Part shown: positions 29,631 through 38,856 of the stretch, in pieces
How the letters are laid out: the number at the start of each line of letters is the position of its first letter
How positions within the stretch are numbered: the stretch's first letter is position 1
Source: Alphaproteobacteria bacterium
GTDB lineage: Bacteria > Pseudomonadota > Alphaproteobacteria > UBA828
Length of the DNA: 64,000 nucleotides
Direction: 5' to 3'
Assembly (NCBI GenBank): GCA_965220745.1
Contig: CBDCQT010000010.1
Span: 576,001 to 640,000, forward strand
Program-made: the position numbers and the translations under genes
Notes under the pieces: generated by a model
Database searches by the model: none
What the model was told of the DNA's origin: nothing
Seen by the model: only the letters and a program-made list of their open reading frames with translations

Positions 29631-30923
29631 TTGAGCGCAGACAAGTCCACCATCGTCATTCCCGAGGGATACCGGCCGCTCGATACCGATACCCTCGCCC
29701 CCTATCTCGCGGAGCAGCCGGAACTGGGCGCGCACCTCGGGGGCGAGCCGTCGGACTGGCAGGTGGAGGAAGTCGGCGATGGCAACCTCAACCTGGTCTT
29801 CATCGTGCGCGGTCCGGCCGGCGGCCTTTGCGTGAAGCAGGCGCTGCCTTACGTGCGACTGGTGGGCGAGAGCTGGCCGCTGCCGCTCAACCGCGCCTTC
29901 TTCGAGCACGAGGCGTTGGTGGAGCACGGCCGCCATGCGCCGGGGCTCACGCCCGAGATCTACCGCTTCGATCCCGTGCTGATGCTGATCGTGATGGAAC
30001 TGCTGGAGCCCCACATCATCATGCGGCGGGGCATGATCCAGGGCATCCGCTACCCGCGCGCCGCCACCGACATGGCCGAGTACATGGCGCGGACGCTCTT
30101 CTTCACCTCCGATCTCGGCACGAGCGCGGCAGAGAAGAAGGCGCGCGTCGCTCTCTTCTGCGGCAACACTGCGCTCTGCAAGCTCACGGAGGACGTGATC
30201 TTCACCGAGCCCTACATGGTCCACGACAACAACCGGTGGACCTCGCCGCAGCTCGACGACCTCGCCGTGGCCTTCCGGGCCGATGCCGCGCTGAAACGCG
30301 CGGTCTCCCGCCTCAAGTGCAAGTTCATGGGGAACGCCGAGGCGCTGATCCACGGCGACCTGCACACCGGCTCGGTCATGGTGACGCAGGACGACACCCG
30401 CGTGATCGACCCCGAGTTCGCGTTCTACGGGCCAATGGGGTTCGACACCGGCGCCTTCGTCGGCAACCTGCTGCTCAACTATTTCAGCCAGGATGGCCAC
30501 GCGACCGAGGCGGACGACCGCGCCGCCTACAAGGCGTGGGTGCTGGAAACGGCCGAGACCTTCTGGCACGTATTTGCCGAGCGTTACGGCGCGCTCTGGG
30601 CCGAGCGTGCGGGTGATGCGTATCCCGAGGCGCTTTTCGCCGGCGAAGAAGGTGCTGACTCGCTGGCGCAAGCACGCGATGACGCCATCGCCGCGCTCTT
30701 CACCGACACGCTGCAGTTCGGCGCCGCCAAGATGATCCGGCGCATCCTGGGGATCGCCCACAACATCGACTTCGAGTGGATCGAGGATCCCGATCGCCGC
30801 GCCGCCTGCGAGCGCCCGGCCCTCCTGTTCGGCCGCGAGCTGCTTGTGAACGCCGCCGCGTACGCGACTATCGAGGCCGTCACAGACGCGGCGCGGGCTT
30901 TCCAGACCCGTGCCAATGCGTGA
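29631..30923 (+). CDS. mtnK: S-methyl-5-thioribose kinase
   Basis: EVGDGNLNLVF, KQALPYVR, HGDLHTGS, IDPEFAFYGP, RRILG. Confidence 0.95.
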   Translation: MSADKSTIVIPEGYRPLDTDTLAPYLAEQPELGAHLGGEPSDWQVEEVGDGNLNLVFIVRGPAGGLCVKQALPYVRLVGESWPLPLNRAFFEHEALVEHGRHAPGLTPEIYRFDPVLMLIVMELLEPHIIMRRGMIQGIRYPRAATDMAEYMARTLFFTSDLGTSAAEKKARVALFCGNTALCKLTEDVIFTEPYMVHDNNRWTSPQLDDLAVAFRADAALKRAVSRLKCKFMGNAEALIHGDLHTGSVMVTQDDTRVIDPEFAFYGPMGFDTGAFVGNLLLNYFSQDGHATEADDRAAYKAWVLETAETFWHVFAERYGALWAERAGDAYPEALFAGEEGADSLAQARDDAIAALFTDTLQFGAAKMIRRILGIAHNIDFEWIEDPDRRAACERPALLFGRELLVNAAAYATIEAVTDAARAFQTRANA

Positions 30924-30981
30924 ACGCAGCAATCCCGCTACGATCAGCCCAACGACCAACAACAGGAAACGGAGAGCAGCC

Positions 30982-31329
30982 ATGACAATCGAACGCTTCG
31001 ACAAAGGCCCGCGCATGAGCCAGGCGGTGACGCACGGGGATCGCGTGTACCTCGCCGGCCAGGTAGCGGACGACACCAGCGAGGACGTCGCCGGCCAGAC
31101 CCGGCAGATCCTTGCCAAGATCGAGGCCCTGCTGGCCAAGGCGGGCTCGTCGAAGGAGCAGATTCTCACCGCCAACGTCTGGCTTTCCGACATCCGGACT
31201 TTCAACGACATGAACAGCGTGTGGGACCCCTGGGTCTCCAAGGAGAACCCGCCCTGCCGCGCCTGCGTCGAGAGCAGGCTGGCGACACCGGACTACACGG
31301 TCGAGATCATGATAGTGGCCGCGCTCTAG
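30982..31329 (+). CDS. RidA/Rid family protein (YoaB-like)
   Basis: RMSQAV, VYLAGQVA, MNSVWD.W, PP.RACVE. Confidence 0.9.
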   Translation: MTIERFDKGPRMSQAVTHGDRVYLAGQVADDTSEDVAGQTRQILAKIEALLAKAGSSKEQILTANVWLSDIRTFNDMNSVWDPWVSKENPPCRACVESRLATPDYTVEIMIVAAL

Positions 31330-31366
31330 CGGCCGCCGTGTCCGCCGAAGCACGCAGGAGGGAGAC

Positions 31367-32689
31367 ATGAGCGAGGCGATGGCAACCGCCGGCGCGAACC
31401 GGCGCTACGACATCATCCCCTGGGCGGCGCAGAACGCGCTCGACCCGGTGATCGAAATGGAGCGCGGCGAGGGCGCCTATATCTATGACACGGGAGGCAA
31501 GCGCTATCTCGATTTCTCGTCGCAGCTGGTGAACGTCAATCTCGGCTACCAGCATCCCAAGGTGATCGCGGCGATTCAGGAGCAAGCCGGCAGGCTCTGC
31601 TACATCGGCCCGCACCACACCACCGCCGCGCGCGAGAAGCTCGGCCGCAAGCTCGCCGAGATCGCGCCGGGCGACATCCAGACCGCCTTCTTCACCGGGA
31701 GCGGCAGCGAGGCCACCGAGATCGCCATGATGGTCGCGCGCCTGGTGACCGGGCGGCGCAAGATCCTCGCGAAGTACCGCTCCTACCACGGCACCACCTC
31801 GGGCTCGATGTCGGCGAGCGGCGACCCCAGGCGGCTTGCGGTCGGCTACGACCACCCCAACATCGTTCGCTTCCTCGATCCCTACTGCCACCGCTGCCCG
31901 TTCTCGCTCTCCTATCCCGGCTGCGAGGTGCAGTGCGCGAAGAGCGTGGAGGAGGTGATCCAGCGCGAGGGGCCGGGTCAGATCGCTGCGGTCATCGTCG
32001 AGCCGATGACGGCCGCGAGCGGCGGGATCAAGCCGCCACCTGAATATTTCCCCATGCTGCGTGAGATCTGCGACCGTTACGACATCCTGATGATCGCGGA
32101 CGAGGTGATCTGCGGCTTCGGCCGCACCGGGCGCTGGTTCGGCATGGAGCACTGGGGCGTGGTGCCCGACCTGATGGCGGTCTCCAAGGGCATCACCTCC
32201 GGCTACATCCCCATGGGCGCCGTGCTGATGCGGCCTCACGTCGCCGCGCATTTCGACGACGACTGGTTCCCGCTCGGCTCGACCCAGACCGGCAACCCCA
32301 TCGCCTGCGCCGCAGCCTGCGCTGCGCTCGATGCCTACGAGAACGACGGGCTGATCGATAACGCGGCGCGGATGGGCGAGGTGCTGGCGTCGGGACTGGA
32401 GGACCTCAAGCGGCATTCGTGCGTCTCTGACGTGCGCTCGCTGGGACTGCTCGGCGCCATCGAGCTCACCGCCGATGCGGCGACCGACGCGCCCTTCTCG
32501 ACGGCGCCGAACCACGCGGCGGTGAACAACCTGATGAAGCGCCGGCTGGTCGAGCACGGGCTGGAGGCCCGGACCTGCCTCAACGGCCTCCTGATCGGCC
32601 CGCCGCTTTGTATCGACGCCGACCAGATCGGCGACGCCATCGGGGTTTTCGACACGATCCTGGACGAGGTTGACGACGCGCTCGGCTGA
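31367..32689 (+). CDS. Class III PLP-dependent aminotransferase
   Basis: SGSEA, SYHG, IADEVICGFGRTG, PDL..SKGITSG. Confidence 0.92.
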   Translation: MSEAMATAGANRRYDIIPWAAQNALDPVIEMERGEGAYIYDTGGKRYLDFSSQLVNVNLGYQHPKVIAAIQEQAGRLCYIGPHHTTAAREKLGRKLAEIAPGDIQTAFFTGSGSEATEIAMMVARLVTGRRKILAKYRSYHGTTSGSMSASGDPRRLAVGYDHPNIVRFLDPYCHRCPFSLSYPGCEVQCAKSVEEVIQREGPGQIAAVIVEPMTAASGGIKPPPEYFPMLREICDRYDILMIADEVICGFGRTGRWFGMEHWGVVPDLMAVSKGITSGYIPMGAVLMRPHVAAHFDDDWFPLGSTQTGNPIACAAACAALDAYENDGLIDNAARMGEVLASGLEDLKRHSCVSDVRSLGLLGAIELTADAATDAPFSTAPNHAAVNNLMKRRLVEHGLEARTCLNGLLIGPPLCIDADQIGDAIGVFDTILDEVDDALG

Positions 32690-32701
32690 CGTTGGGAGCA
32701 C

Positions 32702-33538
32702 CTACTGCTTGATCGCGCCCAGCGTGAACGCGCGGGCGAGGTGCTTCTGGATCAGGAAGCCGAAGAGAACGATGGGGAGTGCGGCTGCGACCGCGAGCGC
32801 CGCCTGCACCCCATAGACCCCGGTGTGATGGTGCAGATAGATCGGCACGGTGACGATCAGCTTGTCGCTCAGCGTGACCGTCAGCAGGAATTCGTTCCAG
32901 GTGAGGATGAAGATGAAGAGGCCGGTGACCGCGAGCCCGCCTCGGATCATCGGCACGGTGACGACGAGGTGCGCGCGCAGGCGGCTCATGCCGTCCATCA
33001 TGCCGGCCTCCTCGATGGCGGGCGGCACCTCGTCGATGAAGCTCTTCAACATCCAGAAGGAGAACGGCACGCCAAAGGCGGTGTGAACCAGGATGATGCC
33101 GATGTGGGTGTCGCGCAGGCCCATCGAGGTGAAGAGGAAGAGAGCCGGGATCGCGAGCGTGATCGGCGGCACGGCGCGGACGGCGAGAATGCCGATGGCG
33201 AGCCGGTCGCTGCCCGCGCGGTAGCGCGAGAAGCCGATCGCCGCGAGCAGCCCGATCGCCAGCGCGAGCGCCGTGGTGCCGCCGGCGATGATGAAGGAGT
33301 CGAGAATGGCGCCGAGCCCGGTCCTCGGCGCGGTGACGTAGCTCTCCTCGTAGCGCTGGAAGAGCGGCGCGTAGTTTCCGAGCGTGAGATCACGTGGCAC
33401 CCAGGGCACCGGCACCGCCGCCCACTCGCCAAGCGGCTTGAGCGACGTGGAGACCATCCAGAAGACGGGGAAAAGCGCGAAGGTGAGCGCGGCCACGAGG
33501 CCGAGCGCATGGTGGGGCCGGAAGCGGGGAGAGGTCAC
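32702..33538 (-). CDS. Carbohydrate-type ABC transporter permease (MalG-like)
   Basis: FPVFWMVSTSLK, EAA loop IEEAGMMDG, WNEF. Confidence 0.88.
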   Translation of the reverse strand: MTSPRFRPHHALGLVAALTFALFPVFWMVSTSLKPLGEWAAVPVPWVPRDLTLGNYAPLFQRYEESYVTAPRTGLGAILDSFIIAGGTTALALAIGLLAAIGFSRYRAGSDRLAIGILAVRAVPPITLAIPALFLFTSMGLRDTHIGIILVHTAFGVPFSFWMLKSFIDEVPPAIEEAGMMDGMSRLRAHLVVTVPMIRGGLAVTGLFIFILTWNEFLLTVTLSDKLIVTVPIYLHHHTGVYGVQAALAVAAALPIVLFGFLIQKHLARAFTLGAIKQ

Positions 33539-33573
33539 GGATGGACACCGGTGCGGCGGGGACTGGCGTGCCC

Positions 33574-34557
33574 TCAGCCTGCGCCGATCTCCTCGATGGC
33601 GTCGGGTGCTTCGCAAAGCGCATCGAGCGCGGCGCGGGCCTCCTGCGCCTCGCGCACGCTGACGGCGCGGAAGCGGAAGATGTCGCCGGGCCGCGCCTGA
33701 CCGGGCCTCCACAGCGAGCCGGTCGGCACCGTGTAGGGGTTGATGAAGCCGCCGAGGGTGAGGCCGTCCGGCCCAAGGACGATGGGCGTCTGGCCGCAGA
33801 GGTTGATCGAGCCGAGGCCATAGCCGTGCTCGATGATGTTGGAGGGGTGCGTGCCGTTCTCCGGCGACTTGTCGTAGGCGCGGCGGGTGAAGGTCCACTC
33901 CGGCCCTTCGAGGCGCACGCCCACCCGGTTGCTGTGGGCGGAGACGCGCCAGTCATGCGTCAGGAAGCGGGCATGGCCGGCCTCGTCGATCCAGTCCTCC
34001 CTGGGCCCAGGCACCGCTTCGACCGACCAGACCCGGCCCTCGGGGAAGCGCGGCCGGGCGTGGGCCGCGGCCCGCCGCCCTGGTGTACCGTCTCCGGCAC
34101 CGAGGGCCAGATGCTGCCCGGCCTTGAGCGGCTCTCCTCCGGCGCCGCCGATTTGCCCGAGGCGATAGGTCGCGCGGGAGCCGAGGAAGGGCGGCACGTC
34201 GATACCGCCGGAGACCGCGAGATAGGCGCGGGCGCCGCGCGTGGCCGAGCCGAGTGCCACGGTCTGCCCGGCACGCACCGCGACGCTGGTCCAGCCCTCG
34301 AAGGGCTCGTCGTCGAGCGCCGCGGGCATCTCGGCGCCGCAGACCGCGACCACGCGGTCGTCGCGGAAACGCAGGGTGGGGCCGATAAACTGGCACTCGA
34401 GCCCCGCGGCGCTGGCGTCGTTGCCCACCAGGCGATTGGCGATGCGGAAGGACCAGCCGTCCATCGGGCCCGAGATCGGGTAGCCGGTGCTGACCATGCC
34501 GACGCGGCCCGGATAGTCCTGAACCGTGGTCTCCAGGCCGGGTTTCAGCACCTCCAT
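33574..34557 (-). CDS. Carboxyltransferase subunit (PxpC/allophanate hydrolase subunit 2-like)
   Basis: PGLETTVQDYPGR, ANRLVGN, GARAYLAVSGG, SNRVGVRL, PDGLTLGGF. Confidence 0.88.
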   Translation of the reverse strand: MEVLKPGLETTVQDYPGRVGMVSTGYPISGPMDGWSFRIANRLVGNDASAAGLECQFIGPTLRFRDDRVVAVCGAEMPAALDDEPFEGWTSVAVRAGQTVALGSATRGARAYLAVSGGIDVPPFLGSRATYRLGQIGGAGGEPLKAGQHLALGAGDGTPGRRAAAHARPRFPEGRVWSVEAVPGPREDWIDEAGHARFLTHDWRVSAHSNRVGVRLEGPEWTFTRRAYDKSPENGTHPSNIIEHGYGLGSINLCGQTPIVLGPDGLTLGGFINPYTVPTGSLWRPGQARPGDIFRFRAVSVREAQEARAALDALCEAPDAIEEIGAG

Positions 34558-34571
34558 GACGGGCGTCGCGC

Positions 34572-35435
34572 TCAGTGCCTCTGCTCCGCGTCGAGCGTCG
34601 CCACCCAGGCCTCGTAGGCGGATAGGGAGAAGCGCTGATACTCGACGATGTTGAAGGGGTAGGTTCCTTCCGCCAGCTTCGCCTCGATGCGGTCGTATTC
34701 GCTGCGGTCAATGGGATCGAACTTGATGCGATCGCCGACGCGGAGCAGTGCGATGCCGCCGCCGAAGGCCGGGATGCGTCCCTCCGGGTCCAGCATCGGG
34801 AGCGGCGTGCGGCCGATCATGTTGAAGCCGCCGGGCGAGTGCAGGGTCTGGATCGCGCTCTGGCCGCCGGCGCAGACCACCGCGCCTTGGGGCGTCCACA
34901 TGCGGGGCGGGTCGTACTTGGGCGCGTAGATGATGCAGCGCGGGTCGAGCGGGCGCATGAGCGGCAGGCCGGGATAGGCGCCGATGATGCCGATCCAGTA
35001 CTCGGTCGCCGAATGGAGCGCAACCAGCTCGTCGAGGCCGGAGAGCCCGTTCTCCGCCACGATGAACTCGGGGTCGTAGGGCCGCTCCTTGATGGTGCGG
35101 TGGTACTCCTCCATGCAGGCGCGGGTCCAGGGGTCGAGGTAGAGGGTGGGCACGTGGACCAGCCGGCTCTCGATTTCGTCGGGCGTGCCCACCGCGTCGG
35201 CCAGCGCCAGCGCCTCGCGCACCAGGTCGTCATAGGCGATGCGCTGCCAGTCGTACTCGATGAGCACGGAGTTGAAGCCGGGATTGGTCTCGATCACGCC
35301 GGGAATGCGGGCCTCGTCCACGGCCTTGGCGAAGCCGCGGGCCTGCAGGTTGAGCCTGAGCCCGCCGTCGTCGCCGAATTCGATCAGAACGAAGCGGTCG
35401 CCGTTGGGCGCGACCAGGGGCTCCTCGTACTTCAT
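34572..35435 (-). CDS. Carboxyltransferase subunit (PxpB/allophanate hydrolase subunit 1-like)
   Basis: GDRFVLIEFG, PKYDPPRMWTP.GAV, SPGGFNMIGRTP. Confidence 0.85.
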   Translation of the reverse strand: MKYEEPLVAPNGDRFVLIEFGDDGGLRLNLQARGFAKAVDEARIPGVIETNPGFNSVLIEYDWQRIAYDDLVREALALADAVGTPDEIESRLVHVPTLYLDPWTRACMEEYHRTIKERPYDPEFIVAENGLSGLDELVALHSATEYWIGIIGAYPGLPLMRPLDPRCIIYAPKYDPPRMWTPQGAVVCAGGQSAIQTLHSPGGFNMIGRTPLPMLDPEGRIPAFGGGIALLRVGDRIKFDPIDRSEYDRIEAKLAEGTYPFNIVEYQRFSLSAYEAWVATLDAEQRH

Positions 35436-35531
35436 GCCGCGCATCATAGCGGACGATTCGCCGTTGGCGCGGGGCGGGGAGCGGCGTAAGCATGGGCGCG
35501 CGGCGCGAGCGCGCGGAATGGAGGCACTCGT

Positions 35532-35993
35532 ATGGCGGAAGAGCCGTCGGCGCCTGATACGGCGGAGCAGTGGCAATACCAGCTTCGCGTCGATCTGGCG
35601 GAGGACGCTGCTGAAGCGGCGCGGGCCGGTGGGGAGCATGCGGGGCTCGGGCCCTTGCGGGAGATTCTCGCCACCCACGATGCGCGGCTCATCTGCCAGT
35701 ACGACGCCTTTGCCGGCTATTGCGCGGAGGCCGAGGAGCACGGCATCGAGCACTACCCGCTCTACGCCTGGACCAAGGCGGTGATCGCCGACCCGGCCAA
35801 GCAGGCGAAATACGTCAAGTCGTTCTCGATCCATGTGGGCGGGGCGGAGGTCTACGACAAGGACAAGGCGGACGCGCTGGAAGCAGCGCTCGCGCCGCTG
35901 GTGGGCGCCGGCGTGGTGGCCCGGCTCGCCAAGCACGATACCAATCCAGCCAACAGCCCGCAGATGCCGGAGAAATACCGCTCCGGATCGTAA
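35532..35993 (+). CDS. Hypothetical protein
   Basis: 153-aa ORF with GGAGG RBS and host-like codon usage. Confidence 0.75.
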   Translation: MAEEPSAPDTAEQWQYQLRVDLAEDAAEAARAGGEHAGLGPLREILATHDARLICQYDAFAGYCAEAEEHGIEHYPLYAWTKAVIADPAKQAKYVKSFSIHVGGAEVYDKDKADALEAALAPLVGAGVVARLAKHDTNPANSPQMPEKYRSGS

Positions 35994-35999
35994 GAGGAC

Positions 36000-36518
36000 T
36001 TAGCCGCTGCCGGCGGCGAGTTTTTCGCGCAGGTAGGGGATCAGGCCGCCGGCCTGCAGCATGCCGCGCTCCGCGGTGGAATAAGGCGCGATGGGGAGCG
36101 TGCCGCCCCGGCTCAGATTGCGGACCTGGGCCCCCTCCCAGTCGATTTCGATCTCGTCCCAGCGCCGGACCAGGCCGGTGATGCCGGGGCAGGCGATCTG
36201 CGGGAAGCCCTCGGCGATCTCCTCTCGCCAGTAGCCGGTGGCGAAGGAGTCCGCGATCACGGCGCGGACGCCCAGGTGGCGCAGCCCGATCATCGGCGCG
36301 AAGTGGGGATGGCCGTAGCCGAAGTTCTCGGCACCGACGACCACGTCGCCGGGCGCGACCTTCTCGGCGAAACCGGGGTCGAAGCGGCGCATGGCGCACG
36401 CCGCGAGCGCATCCGGGTCGGTGAGGCGGATGTTCTCGACGCCCACGATCTGGTCCACGTCGAAATCCGCTTCCTCGAAGACGTAGGCGACGCGGCCGCG
36501 AAGGGGCGCGAGGCTCAT
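36000..36518 (-). CDS. Aconitase-family swivel small subunit (LeuD-like, atypical)
   Basis: DVDQI, GDVVVGAENFGYG, VIADSFA, AGGL. Confidence 0.88.
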   Translation of the reverse strand: MSLAPLRGRVAYVFEEADFDVDQIVGVENIRLTDPDALAACAMRRFDPGFAEKVAPGDVVVGAENFGYGHPHFAPMIGLRHLGVRAVIADSFATGYWREEIAEGFPQIACPGITGLVRRWDEIEIDWEGAQVRNLSRGGTLPIAPYSTAERGMLQAGGLIPYLREKLAAGSG

Positions 36519-37789
36519 TCGCCGGCCTCGGCCAGATAGGGACGCGGGTCGGCGATCCGCCCCTCCAGCGCCGATGCCGCCACCGCCGCAGCGTTGCAGA
36601 GGTAGATCTCGGAATCGGGGCTCCCCATGCGGCCGGTGACGTTAAGCGTGCCGGTGGAGACCGCGCGCTGGCCGGCGGTCATGGTGGCGATCCGCCCGTA
36701 GCAGTAGTCGCACGACGACGAGGTGACGAAGGCGCCGGCCTCGATCAGCGTGGTCAGCAGGCCCTCGCGGACGGCGTCGGCCATGATCGCCTGGCTGGTG
36801 GGCACAACGTGGAGCTGGAATCCCGGCGCGACGCGGCGGCCCTTGAGTACCGCGGCAGCGGCGCGCAGGTCTTCCAGCCGGCCGGAGGCACAGGAGCCGA
36901 GATAGCCCGCCTGGACTTCGAGCCCGGCGTGGTCCGCGAGATCGGCGGTGGCGGCCGGGTTGGGCGGCACCACGACGATGGGCGCGAGATCGGTGAGATC
37001 GACCTCGTGCAGCGCGGCGTAGGTGGCGTCCTCGTCGCTCACCTGCGGCTCGAAGGGCCCGGTCACGTGGTTGCGCGCGTAGTCGAGGGCCAGCTGGTCC
37101 GGGTTGCAGATCGCGGTGAGCGCGCCGGTGAACATGGCGAGCCCGGTGATAGTCTGGCGCCCTTCCAGCGAGATGTCGCCGAGCGCTAGCCCGCCCAGCT
37201 CCAGCACCTGAAAGCGGCACGAGCGGGGGCCGAGCACGCGCACCAGATGGTGGAACACGTCACGTGCCATCACGCCGGGCGCGAGCCGGCCGGTGAGGTT
37301 GACGCGCGTGGTCTCGGGCACGGTGAAGTCGATGCGCTCGCGCACGAAGGCCTCCAGGAGCTGCGTGTGGATGCCGATGGCGAGCGTGCCGAAGGCGCCG
37401 AGCTGCGCGATGTGACCGTCGAAGTGGACGGCGAAGCCGCCGGGCACGGCATAGCCCGCCTCCGCCGCCACCTGGTGGCCGATGCCCTCGCGCTCGTGGA
37501 GCTTGACGCTGTTCTCCGCGCACCAGGTGCGGGTGACGATGTGCAGCTCCTCCTCCTCGGGCGTGTTGGCCGGCACCATATGGTCGATGAAGAGGGCGTA
37601 GCGTTCCGGCTCGGCGACGCGCTCGATGCCGAACTCCTCCTTCATCTGCTTGAAGATGAGGTCGAGATAGCCGGGGAAGTCGTAGCCCAGCACGTAGTCG
37701 GGCTTGACCTCGACTTCGGTGCCGGCCGGCACCGGCACGCCCGCCCGGCTCGCGCGCCCCATGATCTTTTCCGCGATCGTGTAGCCCAT
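36515..37789 (-). CDS. Aconitase-family large subunit (LeuC/homoaconitase-like, atypical)
   Basis: TIAEKI, IDH, GIGHQV, GSCASGR, SCDYC, GRMG. Confidence 0.9.
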   Translation of the reverse strand: MGYTIAEKIMGRASRAGVPVPAGTEVEVKPDYVLGYDFPGYLDLIFKQMKEEFGIERVAEPERYALFIDHMVPANTPEEEELHIVTRTWCAENSVKLHEREGIGHQVAAEAGYAVPGGFAVHFDGHIAQLGAFGTLAIGIHTQLLEAFVRERIDFTVPETTRVNLTGRLAPGVMARDVFHHLVRVLGPRSCRFQVLELGGLALGDISLEGRQTITGLAMFTGALTAICNPDQLALDYARNHVTGPFEPQVSDEDATYAALHEVDLTDLAPIVVVPPNPAATADLADHAGLEVQAGYLGSCASGRLEDLRAAAAVLKGRRVAPGFQLHVVPTSQAIMADAVREGLLTTLIEAGAFVTSSSCDYCYGRIATMTAGQRAVSTGTLNVTGRMGSPDSEIYLCNAAAVAASALEGRIADPRPYLAEAGE

Positions 37790-37869
37790 GGCTCTCCGCC
37801 CGCACCGCTCTGCGTCTTGGCCCGATGGTAGCACCATCGGGCGTACGCCGCGCGGACCCACGCGGGCCA

Positions 37870-38856
37870 TCACTCGTCGAGGCGGAAGAGGAGCAGGAGC
37901 GTGCGCTGGAGAAAATGGAAGTTGTCGTCGGAGAGGATGTAGACGAGGGTGGCGCCGTCCGCATCGCGCGTGACCGCCACGCCCTCGAAGTTGTCCACAG
38001 TGAGCGGCGGTGCGAAGCGGGCGAGAAGCTCGCCCTTCAGCACGGCGCCGCCTTCGACGGCACGCGCGGGAATCCGCTCGAGCCGCGCCTTGAACCCGCC
38101 GAGCAGCTTGAAATAGCGGGAGAGGATGAGCACGTCGCCGTTGGGCAGCATCGCCGCGTCCGTCGGCTTGAAGTCTCGCGCGGTGCGGTAGCCGAGGGGT
38201 TCGACGCCGCCCTCGCCGACGAGCCAGCCGGCGCGGAAGCCGCCGGTGCGCTTGAGGCTCTCCGCCAGCATCAGGATGCGGCCGTCGACAAGCGGGGTGA
38301 GCGCCTCCAGCCCGCCGTTGAGCGGGGCAGCCGCGATGCCCTTCGGTGTCGGGAAGGGCACGGGGCGGCCCTGCAGCCCGCCGGTCTCCGCCGGGTAGCG
38401 CCAGACGCGGTGACGCTGTTCGAAGCTTACCAGCCAGTCGCCGCCCGGCAGGCGCTCCAGCGCTTCGGCGTCGCGCCACTCGCCAGTGACCGGCCGGCCT
38501 TTCGTGTCGAGGAGCGGTCCCAGCGTGGCGTCTGTCAGGTCTACGAGGCGGCCGGTGCGGTTGCGCACGATGCGGGCGGTGAACCAGCGGCCGCGGTCCG
38601 TAACGGCGGTGAGTCGCCCGTCAGCCGAGACGCTGAGGCCCGACAGCCCGCCGAATCCCGGCTTGTTCCATCTTAGATCCAGCCCGCCGAGGAAGTGCAG
38701 GCGGCCGACCTGACGCACGGTACGGTCGGTGGGGTCGAGGGCGACCGGGCGCGAGGAGAGCGAGGTCGAAGCGGCGAACGCATCGCCGCAGGCCAGCGCC
38801 AGCGCGCCGACCATGGCTGCGGCAATGAGGGTGCGAATCAGCGAGCGGCCGCCCAT
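37870..38856 (-). CDS. Esterase-like activity of phytase family secreted protein
   Basis: Signal peptide, FGGLSG, DAEAL, SFE..HR, GLEAL, DNFEG, SDDNF...QRTLL. Confidence 0.88.
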   Translation of the reverse strand: MGGRSLIRTLIAAAMVGALALACGDAFAASTSLSSRPVALDPTDRTVRQVGRLHFLGGLDLRWNKPGFGGLSGLSVSADGRLTAVTDRGRWFTARIVRNRTGRLVDLTDATLGPLLDTKGRPVTGEWRDAEALERLPGGDWLVSFEQRHRVWRYPAETGGLQGRPVPFPTPKGIAAAPLNGGLEALTPLVDGRILMLAESLKRTGGFRAGWLVGEGGVEPLGYRTARDFKPTDAAMLPNGDVLILSRYFKLLGGFKARLERIPARAVEGGAVLKGELLARFAPPLTVDNFEGVAVTRDADGATLVYILSDDNFHFLQRTLLLLFRLDE

